From: a virus
Lineage: Duplodnaviria; Caudoviricetes
Strand: one strand, 5' to 3'
DNA: 30,846 bases
IMG/VR virus record: IMGVR_UViG_3300020411_002190
Span: 1-30,846 of that record
Part shown: piece by piece, positions 10,143 through 23,700 of the stretch
Layout: each line of letters opens with the position of its first letter
Numbering within the stretch: the first letter of the stretch is position 1
Made by a program: the position numbers and the translations under genes
Notes under the pieces: model-generated
Seen by the model: the letters and a program-made list of their open reading frames with translations, nothing else
What the model was told of the DNA's origin: nothing
The model's database searches: none

Positions 10143-11732
10143 TTAGAATTCCAGGATGATTTTAACGTCTTCTTTTTGTCGAGAATTTCGTGTGATTTCA
10201 GGACGGTTATCAATGTAGATAATTTCACCTGAGCCTTTATTTATCTCAGGACTAGCAATGCCATTTGAAAACTCAAGTCCTAGTGAAATAAGTTTAGTTC
10301 CAGTAGGATTTGTGTTAATTCCACTAAAGTTTCTATCAATAGTTCCAGTGAATCCATCAGAACTCAAAATGTTATTGACAGTAGCTGCCGAAGACGGATC
10401 AGCAGTAAAGAAACTCAGAACATTACCAGTATTCGAAACACCAGAATGATCTTCAGTGTCATGACTATTTGGGTTCAAATATAATGTTCTATCTTGAGTA
10501 TATTTGAGAACTTTTGTTTCTCTATCATAAGAAGCAATATATCCTGTAGCAGTTCCTTCTGATGTAACTTGAGTAATTGTTTTTCCTACTTCTGGTTTAG
10601 TAGCATCTTCACCACTCACTGCAGAGAACTTAAATGCCCCAAGAGAAGAATATTGATTTTGTTCAAAAATAGAACTTGCTGTACCAATTGTTGTGGGATT
10701 TTTAACTATACCAATTTGTGCAAATGTAGTATCAGTTGGAAAATCTCTAGTAGAATCATCAAATCTAGCATAAACTAAAATTTTATCTGCACCTAATTCG
10801 GTGTAAATATCATTTCCATGTCCCTTTGCTGGAGGAATTATTGGAATTAGATTAGCATTAAGATTTCCAACACCAGTAGGACGTATTGGACCTAAATCAA
10901 CTGTAGCAAAACTATAACCCTTTCCACCAGCAGAAACTACTGCATTCGTTATGTTACCACTGGAATTAACATCTACAACTACCTTACCCCCAGTACCATC
11001 ACCTAAAATATTTAATTCCCAAGAACCAGTAGAATATCCTGTCCCCTGTGCATGAATATAGACATGTTTGATTTGATTCTCATTAATAGAAGAATCTCCA
11101 TTATTTCTTACTGCTGTTACTTGAGCATCAGTAGAAGTTCCCCAATCAGCAGGTAAAGAAATATAATCAGTAGAATCAAATTTAATGATATCACTTGGAG
11201 TAACACTAAACAAATATTTCCAAATATACCCATCACCACCATCACCAGCTTTGGAAGGTTCCAAATCGGTAATTGTTGGTTCATTTAATGATGCATTTCC
11301 TGTTGTTGAAATCCCAGAAGAACCATTATCAATACAAACATATACCTTATAATCACTATTCATCACATAATAGTTTGCATCATATAATCTTGATGAACCT
11401 GTAATAGGTGATAAATTACTCAAACTATAATCATGACGATAAATTTCATATTTTGTTCCTCTTGCCCAATTAACTCTTCTTGCTAATCTTCTCACATTGG
11501 CAGAAGTTACCTTCTTACCAAAAGACATATTATCTCCAACAAAACTTTGATAATCAAAATTATCTGTAGGATTAGGTGTAGCGGTATCCCATGTATCGGT
11601 TGTACCATATCCAGTTTTCTTAGGATTGGATAATCCTACAAAAACATAGTATGAATTAGAAGTATCTGTAACGGAGTCAACAAAATTACCCGCATTTAAT
11701 ATTCTAAATTGATCTGTTACAATTGCAGCCAT
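10143..11732 (-). CDS. gp8: Baseplate wedge subunit gp8 (529 aa)
   Basis: MAAIVTDQFRILNA, YKVYVCIDN, DGYIWKYLF, and the C-terminal SGEIIYIDNR...RQKEDVKIILEF match T4-like gp8. Synteny gp6-gp7-gp8. Confidence 0.92.
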   Translation of the reverse strand: MAAIVTDQFRILNAGNFVDSVTDTSNSYYVFVGLSNPKKTGYGTTDTWDTATPNPTDNFDYQSFVGDNMSFGKKVTSANVRRLARRVNWARGTKYEIYRHDYSLSNLSPITGSSRLYDANYYVMNSDYKVYVCIDNGSSGISTTGNASLNEPTITDLEPSKAGDGGDGYIWKYLFSVTPSDIIKFDSTDYISLPADWGTSTDAQVTAVRNNGDSSINENQIKHVYIHAQGTGYSTGSWELNILGDGTGGKVVVDVNSSGNITNAVVSAGGKGYSFATVDLGPIRPTGVGNLNANLIPIIPPAKGHGNDIYTELGADKILVYARFDDSTRDFPTDTTFAQIGIVKNPTTIGTASSIFEQNQYSSLGAFKFSAVSGEDATKPEVGKTITQVTSEGTATGYIASYDRETKVLKYTQDRTLYLNPNSHDTEDHSGVSNTGNVLSFFTADPSSAATVNNILSSDGFTGTIDRNFSGINTNPTGTKLISLGLEFSNGIASPEINKGSGEIIYIDNRPEITRNSRQKEDVKIILEF

Positions 11733-11750
11733 CTTATCAGCTTTTTCCTA

Positions 11751-11758
11751 TATTTATA
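11751..11758 (-). promoter_or_regulatory. T4-type late promoter
   Basis: Exact TATAAATA immediately after the gp7 stop, about 19 nt upstream of the gp8 ATG. Confidence 0.85.
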
Positions 11759-14700
11759 CTACCCAAGATCCTTTCTGAGAGCACCATTGGAACGAATTCC
11801 AAATCCTCTTCTCTGAACCGTTGGGAATGTGCTTATTCCTGATGAAAGAATCTTACCCGTAACGGCAATTCCTATTCCATTGGATCTTATTTGTGGGTCA
11901 ACCATTTCTAATACACCCCAAGAGTATTTACCAATATCTCCATGCCAAGATGTACCAGTCCTAGTAGAAGTTGACGCTATTCCAACAACATTTGAACCAG
12001 TTTTCACTCTACATGAGAATTTACCATGATTATCATCAATTCTAGTAAATGAATGAACCTTGTAGATATTATCTATAAAGGTTGTTCCAATACTAACAAT
12101 AGAATTCTCATGTGTATCAATGGAAGTAACTCCATGTCCTACATTAGTACCACTAACATAAATTGGCATTCCAGGCTTCAAGTCAGTTTTAATATTCTGT
12201 CCACCAGCACCCTTATTTACCATAAAGTTAATGAATAAATCACTACCACTATGTGAAGTAGTAATTCCAGTAATAATGCCAGAGAATCCTCTAACAGTCT
12301 TAATACCAACAGTTTCATCTAATGGAGTAGTCTCAATTGGTACAAGTACATTTGGAGGTGTTATATGAGTATATCCAGAACCACCATCAATTATATTTGC
12401 AGTTCCAGATAAAGAACCATTTACGACAGGTATAGTTGCAGTTGCTATTCCAGTATAAACACCAACTCCAGCAGCAGTAAATGTAACAGCAACACCTGTA
12501 GGTCTAGCAATTGATACTGTTACAGCAGAACCAATATACCCAGAACCACCATCAACAACTGTTAATGCACTTACAGTTCCTCCAGCAGAAACTGTTGCTG
12601 TAACTGCAGCTGCTACTGGACTTGCATTTTGCATAATTAGAGCATCAATAGTAACAGGAGCGATATTTCCACCAGTTTCATTACGTTCATAATCAAAGAA
12701 ATATCCATTATCAACATATATGGTAGTTATTCCAGATGAAGGTAAATCTCCAATTATCCTAGCAGTTGGATAAACTAATCCTTCAATAGAATCTCTAGAC
12801 TTGTAAACTGGTTCTCCTTCAATAACTCTATCAATTTTTTGCTTACTCCAATCCAAAAGTCTATAATCAGTTTCATTAATATTCAATCCAGTGTATATAC
12901 TGGTTCTTAATTTATCAGAATCAGAAATACTAGAAACTACTCTAGGTTCTTGTCCTTGTATATCTCTAGTCGTTTTTAACTGTACTATATCACCATTTTT
13001 TATGGTTTCATCTATATCAACAGCTAAACTATCAGCACCACTAGTTCCTCTGTAGAAGAATACTGATATAGTAGAACCAGCACTTGGTGGTTCTGCAAAT
13101 ATAAATGAAGTTCCTCCCTCAAATGTATAATGTTTACCTGGATGCTGCATGATACCATTTACAAAAATAAGTAAAAGAGCACTTAAGTCAACATCATCCC
13201 TATTTGATTCGAAACTTAATAATTCGCCATTATATTTCAATGGGAATCTAGTTCTTACTCCATTTTGCAATTCTTTAATGGAATCAATATAATCCATTTC
13301 TCCAACTTGCCACGCAGCAAATGAATCACTAAATGTATCAAGCACAGTAAGTGAAAACTCAGCTTGAGGTGTAGAAAGATTTCTATCAGTAACAAGTCCA
13401 ACTGGTTTAAATACATCACCTTTTCTGAATCCATAACCAGGTCTGGCAATCTTAAAGTCATTAACTTCATATGTCTCAATGCTTGATAATGTTCTTGATG
13501 CTGGTAATTCATTAGCATTATGAGTTTTAATAACATCAGTAACTATTCCAACAAGAGTATGAATTGCAGATGCAACTGTAGCACATGCAGGAGAAGCAGT
13601 ATCCTGAGTAATTGTGGTATCAGTAATCTGTGTCTTAGCAGTTTGAGATGTAGAAGAAACACCGACATTAACTGTAATTGAAGAAGTAGTTGTAGATGCA
13701 ATTGATATTTGTTTCTTATTCCAAGAGAATGGATCGCCTGGACGTGGATATAATTGCTGTGCTACACCTTGTGGGGCAGCATCAGTAGCATCTCTAGTAC
13801 ACTTAAACCCTAATTTACTGGTTCCAATACCAATACCTTCATTTGCCTTCTTAACACCAGCTGTTGCTGATACAAAGGTATGTGTAGAAGTATCAGGAGA
13901 TTTACCGATATTAACCCATATTCTATTTGCGGATGTCTGATGAATCGGCAACCATACGCCACTTACAGGATCAGTAGAGCGAGGATATGAATGTTGAGTA
14001 GTATGATTATCTCTAGCACATGTGAATGTTAATGAATTGTCATCAATCTTGACATAATCACCAACTGCACAACCATGTCCTGCAATAGTAAGTCTTAAAA
14101 CACCTGTTGAAGGAGCATAAGTTGCTGCTGTAGGAGCATTTAATGTTGTTGGTCCAAGTAATCCATGATTAGAACCAACGTTAAGTACTAAATCACCAGT
14201 TTTAGCATCATATGAAGTTGCTTCAGCACCAGCACCAGCAACAACACTCTTGAATACTAATGGAGATGTGCCAACAGTCACTGTTAATGCTGTGGTACTA
14301 GTTACAGTAGCAGTTAATGTAGCACCTGAAGCAGGGTCACTTGCTCTTGGATATGCATGTTTAGTAGCATGTCCATCTCTAGCACATGTGAATACTAATG
14401 AATGATTTGCAATAGTTACATTTCCACCATTAGCAATACCATGAGCACTACCAAATGTCAATGCCAAAGTTCCTGCTACTGCATCATAAACAGCAGCAGT
14501 TGGTTTTAAGGAACCGTTAATTGCGTTAGCAGAAGAATCTGCTGCTTGGTATGTGTGAGCATAATTACCACCAGAACAAATTGCGTTTGCTACTGTTCCA
14601 CTAGTATAAGTGTGAGCATATTGTGCTCCAAGATGAGTATAAATCTTCTGATTTCTCATCGCTCTGGTTGCCATATCTCTGGCTTCATGTAGAGCATAAA

Positions 14701-17700
14701 TTACTTGCTCTTCTTCACCAGTAACAGGTGCAGGGTTAGAATAAACACCAGTTACAAAGAGATTTGCAGCATCATAAGTCTTATCATTACCACCATACTT
14801 AAGGTTATGTGAAGTAGCTTCTAAAACATCTACTACATCATCAATACAATCTTGCTCTGTAAATCCAGATGGATAACTATAGGTTGAGTTAGAACCATTA
14901 TTCCATCTATTAAACATCCTCTTCGCTGCCAATTCTGAAATAAATGCATTATTTGCATCAATAAGATTTGCAGCATCACCAAACTTATTATCAGTTGGTA
15001 TTGCATCTGTAGGTCCAACTTCAATATCCAATAGCAATCCGTTTCCAGTATCAGTTGTCATACCCATACCAAGTCTCGACACACCAGTAACTTCCAAATT
15101 ACTATATGATGGTGATGGAGCAAGTATTCTAGGGCTCTTATAGTTACTACCACCAGCAGAAACAGCAAAGGTAAGAGTTCCACCAGCACCAACTGTTGCT
15201 GTAACATTAGCACCAGTACCTCTACCACCACCAGGTCCAACATCAACTGAAATAACATCGCTACTTATTCTAGTAAATGCTCTATTTGCCCCTCCAGCAG
15301 CAGGATCAATTCCAGCACGAGGATATGTCTTAGTAGATGTATGATTATCTCTACCACAAGTCATCGATATCGAATTATTAGCAATAGTAACATTTCCACT
15401 GGCACCTAAACCATGACTAGGAATTGTTAGTGTTAATAATCCAGTGAATGAATCATATGAACCGTCTGTTGGAGTTAATGAACCATTAACAGCATTATTT
15501 GATGCAGTTACCCATTTATGCTCATAAGCTTCATCAGTTACTCCAATACCAACTACACCACGATATCCAGAACCATGTTTAGTAGTTGTTCCAATACCAA
15601 CTTTAGTAAGAGCACCACTACTATTGATTACTACATCTATATCTGTAGCACCTGCTGCCTGAGAATATCCACGTCCAATACTAGAACCAAGAGAAACTAT
15701 AAGTCCTCCTCTTGGTAATTGATTTTGGTTCACATCATAATCAGATACTACCAAATTTCCACTATCATTGGTTATACCACTAAATCTAACCTTAGTTGCA
15801 GTATTACCATCAATAAAGTCATATGTATTTCCAACATTATTAAATGTTGTTGGTGTTTGGAACATATTATTGATAAAGAGGAAACCACTTCCAGTCTCAA
15901 TACCTGTTGTGGTTTCACCATCAACAGTTAATTGATAAGTTGCTCCTATTCCAGTAAAACTCTTAGAAACATTGTCATATATCTTATTAAATCTATAATC
16001 TTTTCTTAAATATACTCTACCACCGAATGTAGATCTTGCATTTTCCAAATTAGTACTAGAATCTATAGAATTTGCACTATTTCCAGTTGGAGGTGCAGAA
16101 AAATGAAGTTTATTCTTAACAATATTATATGAACCAAGATATACTTGAGCAGTATTACCAACTCCAGATGGACTCATATCATTATGAACAGCTGCAGTTG
16201 TTCCTACAAATCCTCGTTTCAATTCAACCAAATTATAATTTCCACTTCCAGTTATTGGTCCAACAGCAGTAGTTCCCAATCCAACATTTACAACTTCAGC
16301 ATACTCATTATCAATTTTAAGAATATCCCTTGGTAATATAGAAGAAATACCAACTAAAGAAGCAAATGTGTCTGTAGCACTTATACTACCATAATTATTA
16401 GTAAGAGCATATCCAACAGATGTTCTTGCAAGTGGTGATTGAACAATACCGTCAACAGAAAGAAGAGTTTTCTCTGCTCTCTTAGCCATTGTTAGTGTAT
16501 GAGCATTACCTGCACCAGCATCATTGAATGCAACTGATGTACCAGCATATGCAAGTGTAGATGTTAATCCAACTTTAAATTCATCAGGACTAATTTTAAT
16601 AGCATATACAGTTGCTGGTAAATCACTACCATTAGACATCTGCATATCTTCAGCAGTTATATTACTAAAGGTAGATACTGATTCATATTCTAACTCCTCT
16701 CCAGTCTCAAAGAAATGATCCTTGATAGTGAATGTACCTGAATTAAGATTTACAACACTTGTATCTGCTGGATTAAATGTTTTAGTAAATATTGGAGTGT
16801 TTTTATGATTAACATCAAATTCAGTAACATTAATCCTGGATTCATTAACACCATTATATGCATAAGTTTTAATACTTTCTGTTAAAGTTCCATAATTAAG
16901 AGTATTTGGTATATTAATTAAATCACTATCAGTTTGTATTATTTCACTATAAGATTGTACTAAAACTACGTTATTAATTCCAGCATCTGGATAGAATTTT
17001 AATATCAAATTAGATCCACTAAATTCAGAACCAAATGTACCTATACCACTTGTACTACCAACTGATACGAATGGATATTGTGTAGTATAAACATCAGTTC
17101 CATCATGAATTGATAATAATTGATGTAATGCTGATGTAACACCATATCCAACTTTAACAACTGATTTAATACTTGTTACGTCCGATTTAGCAACCCTAAA
17201 GACTTCAGTTGCAGTTGCAGGAGCAAGAGTATATGCAAACTTACTCTCATATCTCGCAGTTTTTTCTGATCCACCTGATTGTCCAGTAGTTAAGAACCTA
17301 TATGTTCCAATACCAGCAGTTGTGACACCAAATCCAATTGCTCTTGATTTAACAAAGACACCTTGAGATTCTGTACTATTAGTGAAGTTTATCTTAACAA
17401 CACCAGACTCTATTGATGCACCAAATGTACCAATAAAGTTACCACTTGCACCATCTTTATTGTCTAGATAAAAATCAGAAATAAAGGTATCAGTTCCATC
17501 TTGATCTACATATAATTCAACATATCTTCTATCGAAAGTTACAGAATTAGTAATTTCAATATTAGCAAAGAATGCTTCATTTTGATTTGCAGTAGCAGAG
17601 AATAATGTTTCTGTTAATCCAACACCAACAAGATTATTGGAACCAATAATATCAACAAATCCAAAACTAGTAGTTCCTATACCAACATTTGACGTGTTAA

Positions 17701-20700
17701 AAGTATTTTTAATAACTTTTAAATCATAATCATAATTATATGGATCTTCTGGATTGAATACTAATTGAGATGTATCACTATCCCCTATAATGTCACCCAA
17801 TCTTGTCACATTATAAGAATTATTTGAATTAACTGTACCTATTCCAATAGAACCTTTTTCAAATGTAAATATGTCACCATCATTATTAGTAAGGGTAATT
17901 AATTCTGTTACTTGTCTCTGTTTATTATTAGGATTAATTATTTGAACCAAATAACGATTATATCCACTACCGTTGTTTATAGTATCAAGGTTTGTAAAGA
18001 AATTATTTTCCGTAAATACTTTATTAAATTGAGATGAAATATCATCTATCGCAAGAACACGGTTAGAATCATTATTAATATAATCACTCAATCTCTTAGT
18101 TTGGAATTTAACAAATCTAGATTTGCTACCTTCTGCATCAATATCAATTGCAAAATCAAAATTACTTACAGTATCAACTCTCTTTTCACCAATAACATCA
18201 ATCAATGCCACACTACCAGCATCTAATGGAGTTTTAACAGAAACATTTGTGGTAGTTGTTATTCCAGTATCAGAGAAATTCTTCAATCCTGTTGTATGTA
18301 AGAGTCTATTTACTGGATTTACCAAATCTTCATATACAATAGGACTCTTAACAGTATATGATAAATTCTGATAATAATCATTATCAGGAAGAACTTGGAA
18401 ATCTTCATTTAATTTTCCAGTATTATTATTCCATCCTTTTTCCTGTCTTAAGGAATAATCTATCTTAAATCTTGCTCTATTTTCTACTATCTCTTTGATA
18501 GTTGCTATAGTTCCAGATTCTTTACCACGAATATGATCACCAATTTCTAAATCATATGTACCTCTAATTTTAATTCTATCATTTAAGTTTTTAGTGATAT
18601 ACAAATCTTCAAGAACATATGTAGAACCCTGAAGAACATATAATCTTTCATCCAAAATAAATTGTTCAGGTGTCTGAATAACTTCAAATGTTGGATAGTT
18701 ATTTTTATTGACTGCTAAACCATATCCATTAGTATCAGTAACTGCAATTCCAGCATATTCTGTTACTTCAGTAAGTCCTATACCTATTACTACTGGATTT
18801 GCTGCACCAACACTTTCAACAGTAAAGAATGAATATCCATTTTCTGGAGAATTATATCCTGTGCTTGTAGTTCCAATACCACCAAGAACACTAATACCTT
18901 CAATGAATACTTTATCACCTACAGCAAATGGTGCTGTACTAAAGTTAGATATTGGTGTCTGTAAAGTAAGATAAGCAGTTCCAACTCCAGTAGATTGAAC
19001 ACTAGTTATAGGAATTCCGTTTGAGTTATTAACAGTAAATACTTTATTATCTTTATCAGATAATCCTTTTGGAGATTGTAAAACCTTAACATTAGTAAGT
19101 GATGAAGATTGAATCTCTCCAGTTAGATAACTATCAGGATATGGTTCATTAGTATCAGGATCAATAACAACAATATCAGGAACAATAGTATATCCAGAAC
19201 CTCCAGTAAGAACATTAATATCGGTAATAGAATTTCTATCAACTACAGTAATATTTGGTGAAATAAAGACTTCTGGACTTAATGTTTTATCTGCAGAGTA
19301 ATCAAAACCAGTATCTTCAATAGTAACTTCTTTTATTCTACCAATAGTTGATGATTTTGGTATTATATCCGCATTCACACCTTCTGTAGATATAATAGAA
19401 GTAAATTTAGGTAACTTCTTATAATTAAGTCCACCAGAAGTAGCTCTTATAGATTCTACACCACCTCTAGCGGTTGGAGAAGCAGTAGAGTACTCTAATT
19501 TACTAGTTGTGCTCTGAGTATAATTTAAAGTCTCTGGAACCGATTTAAGGGACAATTGGAAGGTAGTACTACCTATTCCAGAAACAGAATATGTATTGCT
19601 GTAAACACTAGGAACAAAAAGTATTTCAGAATTATTAGCAACTTCTGTATCAGATGTGCTGATAAATCCACCCTTCTCTAATGTATAATATAATTTAGAT
19701 GATAAATTATCAGAATATCTTACTGTTATTGCTGCACCAACACTACCAGATGAAACATCACTTCTATCAACAATAAAGTCTGTAATAGTACCACCGATAG
19801 ATACTAATTCATTTTTAAATTCTTCATCATGATAGATTCTTAAATTATATCCAGATAATGATGAATCTGAAGTATCAAATACTAAATTATTATTTCTGAT
19901 AACTTCAATACGAGGATTAACCCTAGATAGTTCTTGTCCAGATCCACCACTACCTGCAGTTATACTAAGAACAGTTGGTGGTTCTGATAAAACATCATAA
20001 CGAGTCTGCCCTAACTGGAATTTATCATCATCTAAACGATAAACATAATAAGACTTAGTAGATAATCCAGTTGCATTTCCAGAATAGAATACTTTATCAC
20101 CAGTTTCCAATCCATGTGCAGTTAGATTTATTACATTACCTGCTAATATTGCAGAACCAGTAAATGTTGTTGGATTAATGATTATCTTGTCATTTTCAGA
20201 ATTATACTTTACCCTTACAGCAGTAGAAGTTCCAATACCAACAGATTGATTAGATTCGACAGTTAATTTAATTTCATCACCATCAACCAATAAATGTCCG
20301 TCATCAAAGCTTTCCTTAGTTACTTGAGTTCCTTCCCAAGGAGCACCAGTCATAACATTAGCTGTTATTCTTTCTATTCTTGCAGTCTGCTTTGTATAAA
20401 CAGCCTCTAAAGAATATTTCCAATCACGACTATCACCATTACCCTCAAAACTTCTAAAGAAAAATCCACCAGTACTAAATCCTGCTACACTTGCTGCTGC
20501 ATGATCTTTAAATGTTGTAAGTCCAATATAATCCTTACCTTTATTAATAACATATAGTCCAGTAGTAGGTAGATTACTCTTAGAACCAAAATTTTTAACA
20601 CTTACTTTAATAGGTTTTGTACTACTAGTATGTGTTACTTCCTGATTATCTACAAATGGATGATTTGGTATATAAATGCTTTGATATGGAACTGAAACAT

Positions 20701-23700
20701 CATATTGAACATCTCCAATTCTATATTTGTTAGCAGCCTCTTGTCCAATGGTTACACCAAAACCAACTGCTTCAAATGGGTGGAAGTATACCTTATCATT
20801 TTTACGAGATTCAAAATACTCACTATTAATTGGTATTGTAAATGTATCAGCAAGTTTAGATACTATTTCAGTTTCTGTATGCCCAATACCTGGATTAACT
20901 AATCTTTCTATTCTTAAAACCTTTCTTTCATGGAATATGTTATTAACTTTAACTATTTCCTGGTTAGTTACACCTATTGCAACAGTAGAACCAATAGAAA
21001 TATTATTTGGAACTGATGAAAGATATATGTCAGTTACAAATCCAAGAGTTGTATTATGGGCAACTGGAGCAATTAAGTGTGCAGTTTCAGAAGTAACACC
21101 AATTTTATGAGATTTTGTTAATCCAGAAATATATGTAGATACACCAGAAACTACAGCAGTATCTCCATCAAGTAAAGCATGTGTAGGTGAAATATGTACA
21201 GAAATTTGATTAGAATTATCCCAAATTACTGTAGCATCCTGATAAGTAGTAATCTCAGTATCAATACTTCTAATATGATTTCCAGCAACTCTAGAAACAT
21301 AAGCATTTAATCCGCCACCATTTGTCCCTCCATTATCAAATACCAAAACATCATTGACAGCATATTTCTCTCCAGATTGATTAATTTCAAAAGAATCAAC
21401 ACTACCCTTACTTACAGAATCAACAATTGTTCTCTGTTGAACAATTTCATAAGGTTCAGTAATAAAATCATTATCAGCAGTTAAATCTTCAGACTTATAT
21501 GGAAGTGTATTTCTAATTAAATCAGAATTATTAAAATCAAAACTTTGATCAATTAATTGTGGAATTAATTTGGATCTATAAGAATCACCAATAAAGTAAG
21601 GATATTTTGCTTCTCTACTTACAGTTGTTATTCCAGCAAAATATGCATACACTCCATTTGGAAAATCTGGAGTTTTTGTATATCTTCCATTATGTACATC
21701 CAAATCACCAGAATTATCAAATTTATAATCTTCAATAAAGAATCCATTATCAAATACTGTTCCGTCCATTTTAAATGGAGGTCTATCTATAACATCAGAA
21801 CTTGATAAAACATATCCAGTATTTACATATTTTACAGATGAGTTGGCATCTTCTGGATCTGAATATCCATTAGGACCGTAAATTGGATTACCATCATATG
21901 CCCACCCTATAATTGGTGAATGAGTATCTAATTTATCTCCTAATAAAGAACCAATCGCTGTAGAATGTCCAACATATCCATACTGCAATCCACTTATACT
22001 ATCAACTAGTATTTCATCACCAAATCGTTTATGATTATTTACAGTTAATGCTCTTATATCAGACTCAATAAATGCATTACGTCCAATAGAAGTTGCTGCA
22101 ACACCAGTATTAGAACTATAATTAACACCTGGATTAAGAATTGAAACACCAGTTACCTTTCCATTTTCTACGATTGCTCTTGCTTTAGCACCAACACCAG
22201 AACCAATACCAATAAATGTCAAATCTGGAGCAGATGTATACTCAACACCAGCATATGTTACCGCTACTTGATCAACCTTACCATCAACTATTATTGGTCT
22301 AAATTCAGCATCTTTACCAGATCTAACAGTTACTACTGGACTCTTATCAAAGTTTATAATAGATGAACCATATCCAGTTCCCTTATCATAAAGATAAGCA
22401 TCAATAAGTCCACCTCTGACTATAGGTATTGCAGTTATAACTCCCACTGCCTGAGTAGCAGTTCCAACACCTGCAATAATTGCATCAACTGTTAATGTAA
22501 TATCAGGATATGCGAAATTCTGATATCCAACACCAGTAGATCCTAAACCAACATAATTTCCTCTTGTATAATTGCTTGTTATTGTTCCCCCAACACCTGC
22601 ATTCGCAAGTTTAAATGAATGATTATCTATTTTAATAATTTGATATTGATTTGATGTAGATAATCCTTCTATCGGTGAAGTATCTGCAGAATAAACAATT
22701 TTATCACCATCATTAAATCCATGATTTTTGAATGTGATTGTGTTAGTTACAGTATTAACACCTACTGGATCAACAATCAGTTTTCTATTAGTATATCCAG
22801 AACCACCATCAACAACCTTAATTGATCTTAAAGTCTTGGTATAGTCAAACTTTTTAAACTTATGAATACCTTGCCCACCTGATATATTATTAAAGTCCAT
22901 AGCAAAAGTTCTATTATCAAAATCATTCTTAGTTGCATATAACTTAATTGTAGTATTACTGATGATTTCTGGATAATAAATTGCATTATGAACAAATGTA
23001 CCCAATCCTGTATTTCCATTTGAATCATATACAATGGGTTCACCATTAACAAAATTATGATCCTGCACAAAGGTAATAGTATCAAGAGATAAACTTACAC
23101 CACCACCAGCAACGTCATTACGACTGTCAAACCTTACTTCACGTTGTCTGACACCTACCATCGGTTCTAGGACTGCTCCAGAACCATTTCCACCAGATAT
23201 AGTGGCAGACTTAACATCAACTACGTCAAAGTCTTGAGGATCTACCAAAACATCTTTAACACTACCTTCTACAACTGGACGAGCAAGAGCAGTTCTCCCC
23301 AATCCTGCAGCAATTACAATATCTGGTGGATTAATAACATCATAATCATTTCCATTATTATAAACAGTAATATTATCTAAAGGACCATAATAAACTTTAT
23401 CTAATGATCTAGGACTAATAATTTCAACACCATTAATCAACATTCCAAGAGAACCAGTGGTAGTCTTAGTTTCATTTCCTGTTTTAATATCTTGAGAATG
23501 TGGGAATTTTCTAAGAAGTTTTTGTGGATGTATAGAATCGTCAGATTGACTTGCTAAAATGAAACTATGATTATTTGTTCCATCAGCAAGGAATCCTCTA
23601 GCATTATTAACTACAGTTCCGTCAACTATTGAACCATTAGTTTCGATTAAACCCCTAGATTCATATAATTTAATCTTACCACCATTTAATACCTCAACAT

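Noticed and set aside
13650-15526. gp7 repeats as a DGR template/variable pair or CRISPR-like array
   Set aside because: The copies are in-frame coding repeats diverged at all base types, not adenine-specific. There is no regular spacer structure and no reverse transcriptase or cas gene in the window.
13255-23085. Short same-strand out-of-frame ORFs within gp7 (13255-13536, 14833-15024, 15058-15258, 22828-23085)
   Set aside because: Leu/Val/Met-rich frame-shift artefacts of the codon bias. gp7 is uninterrupted.
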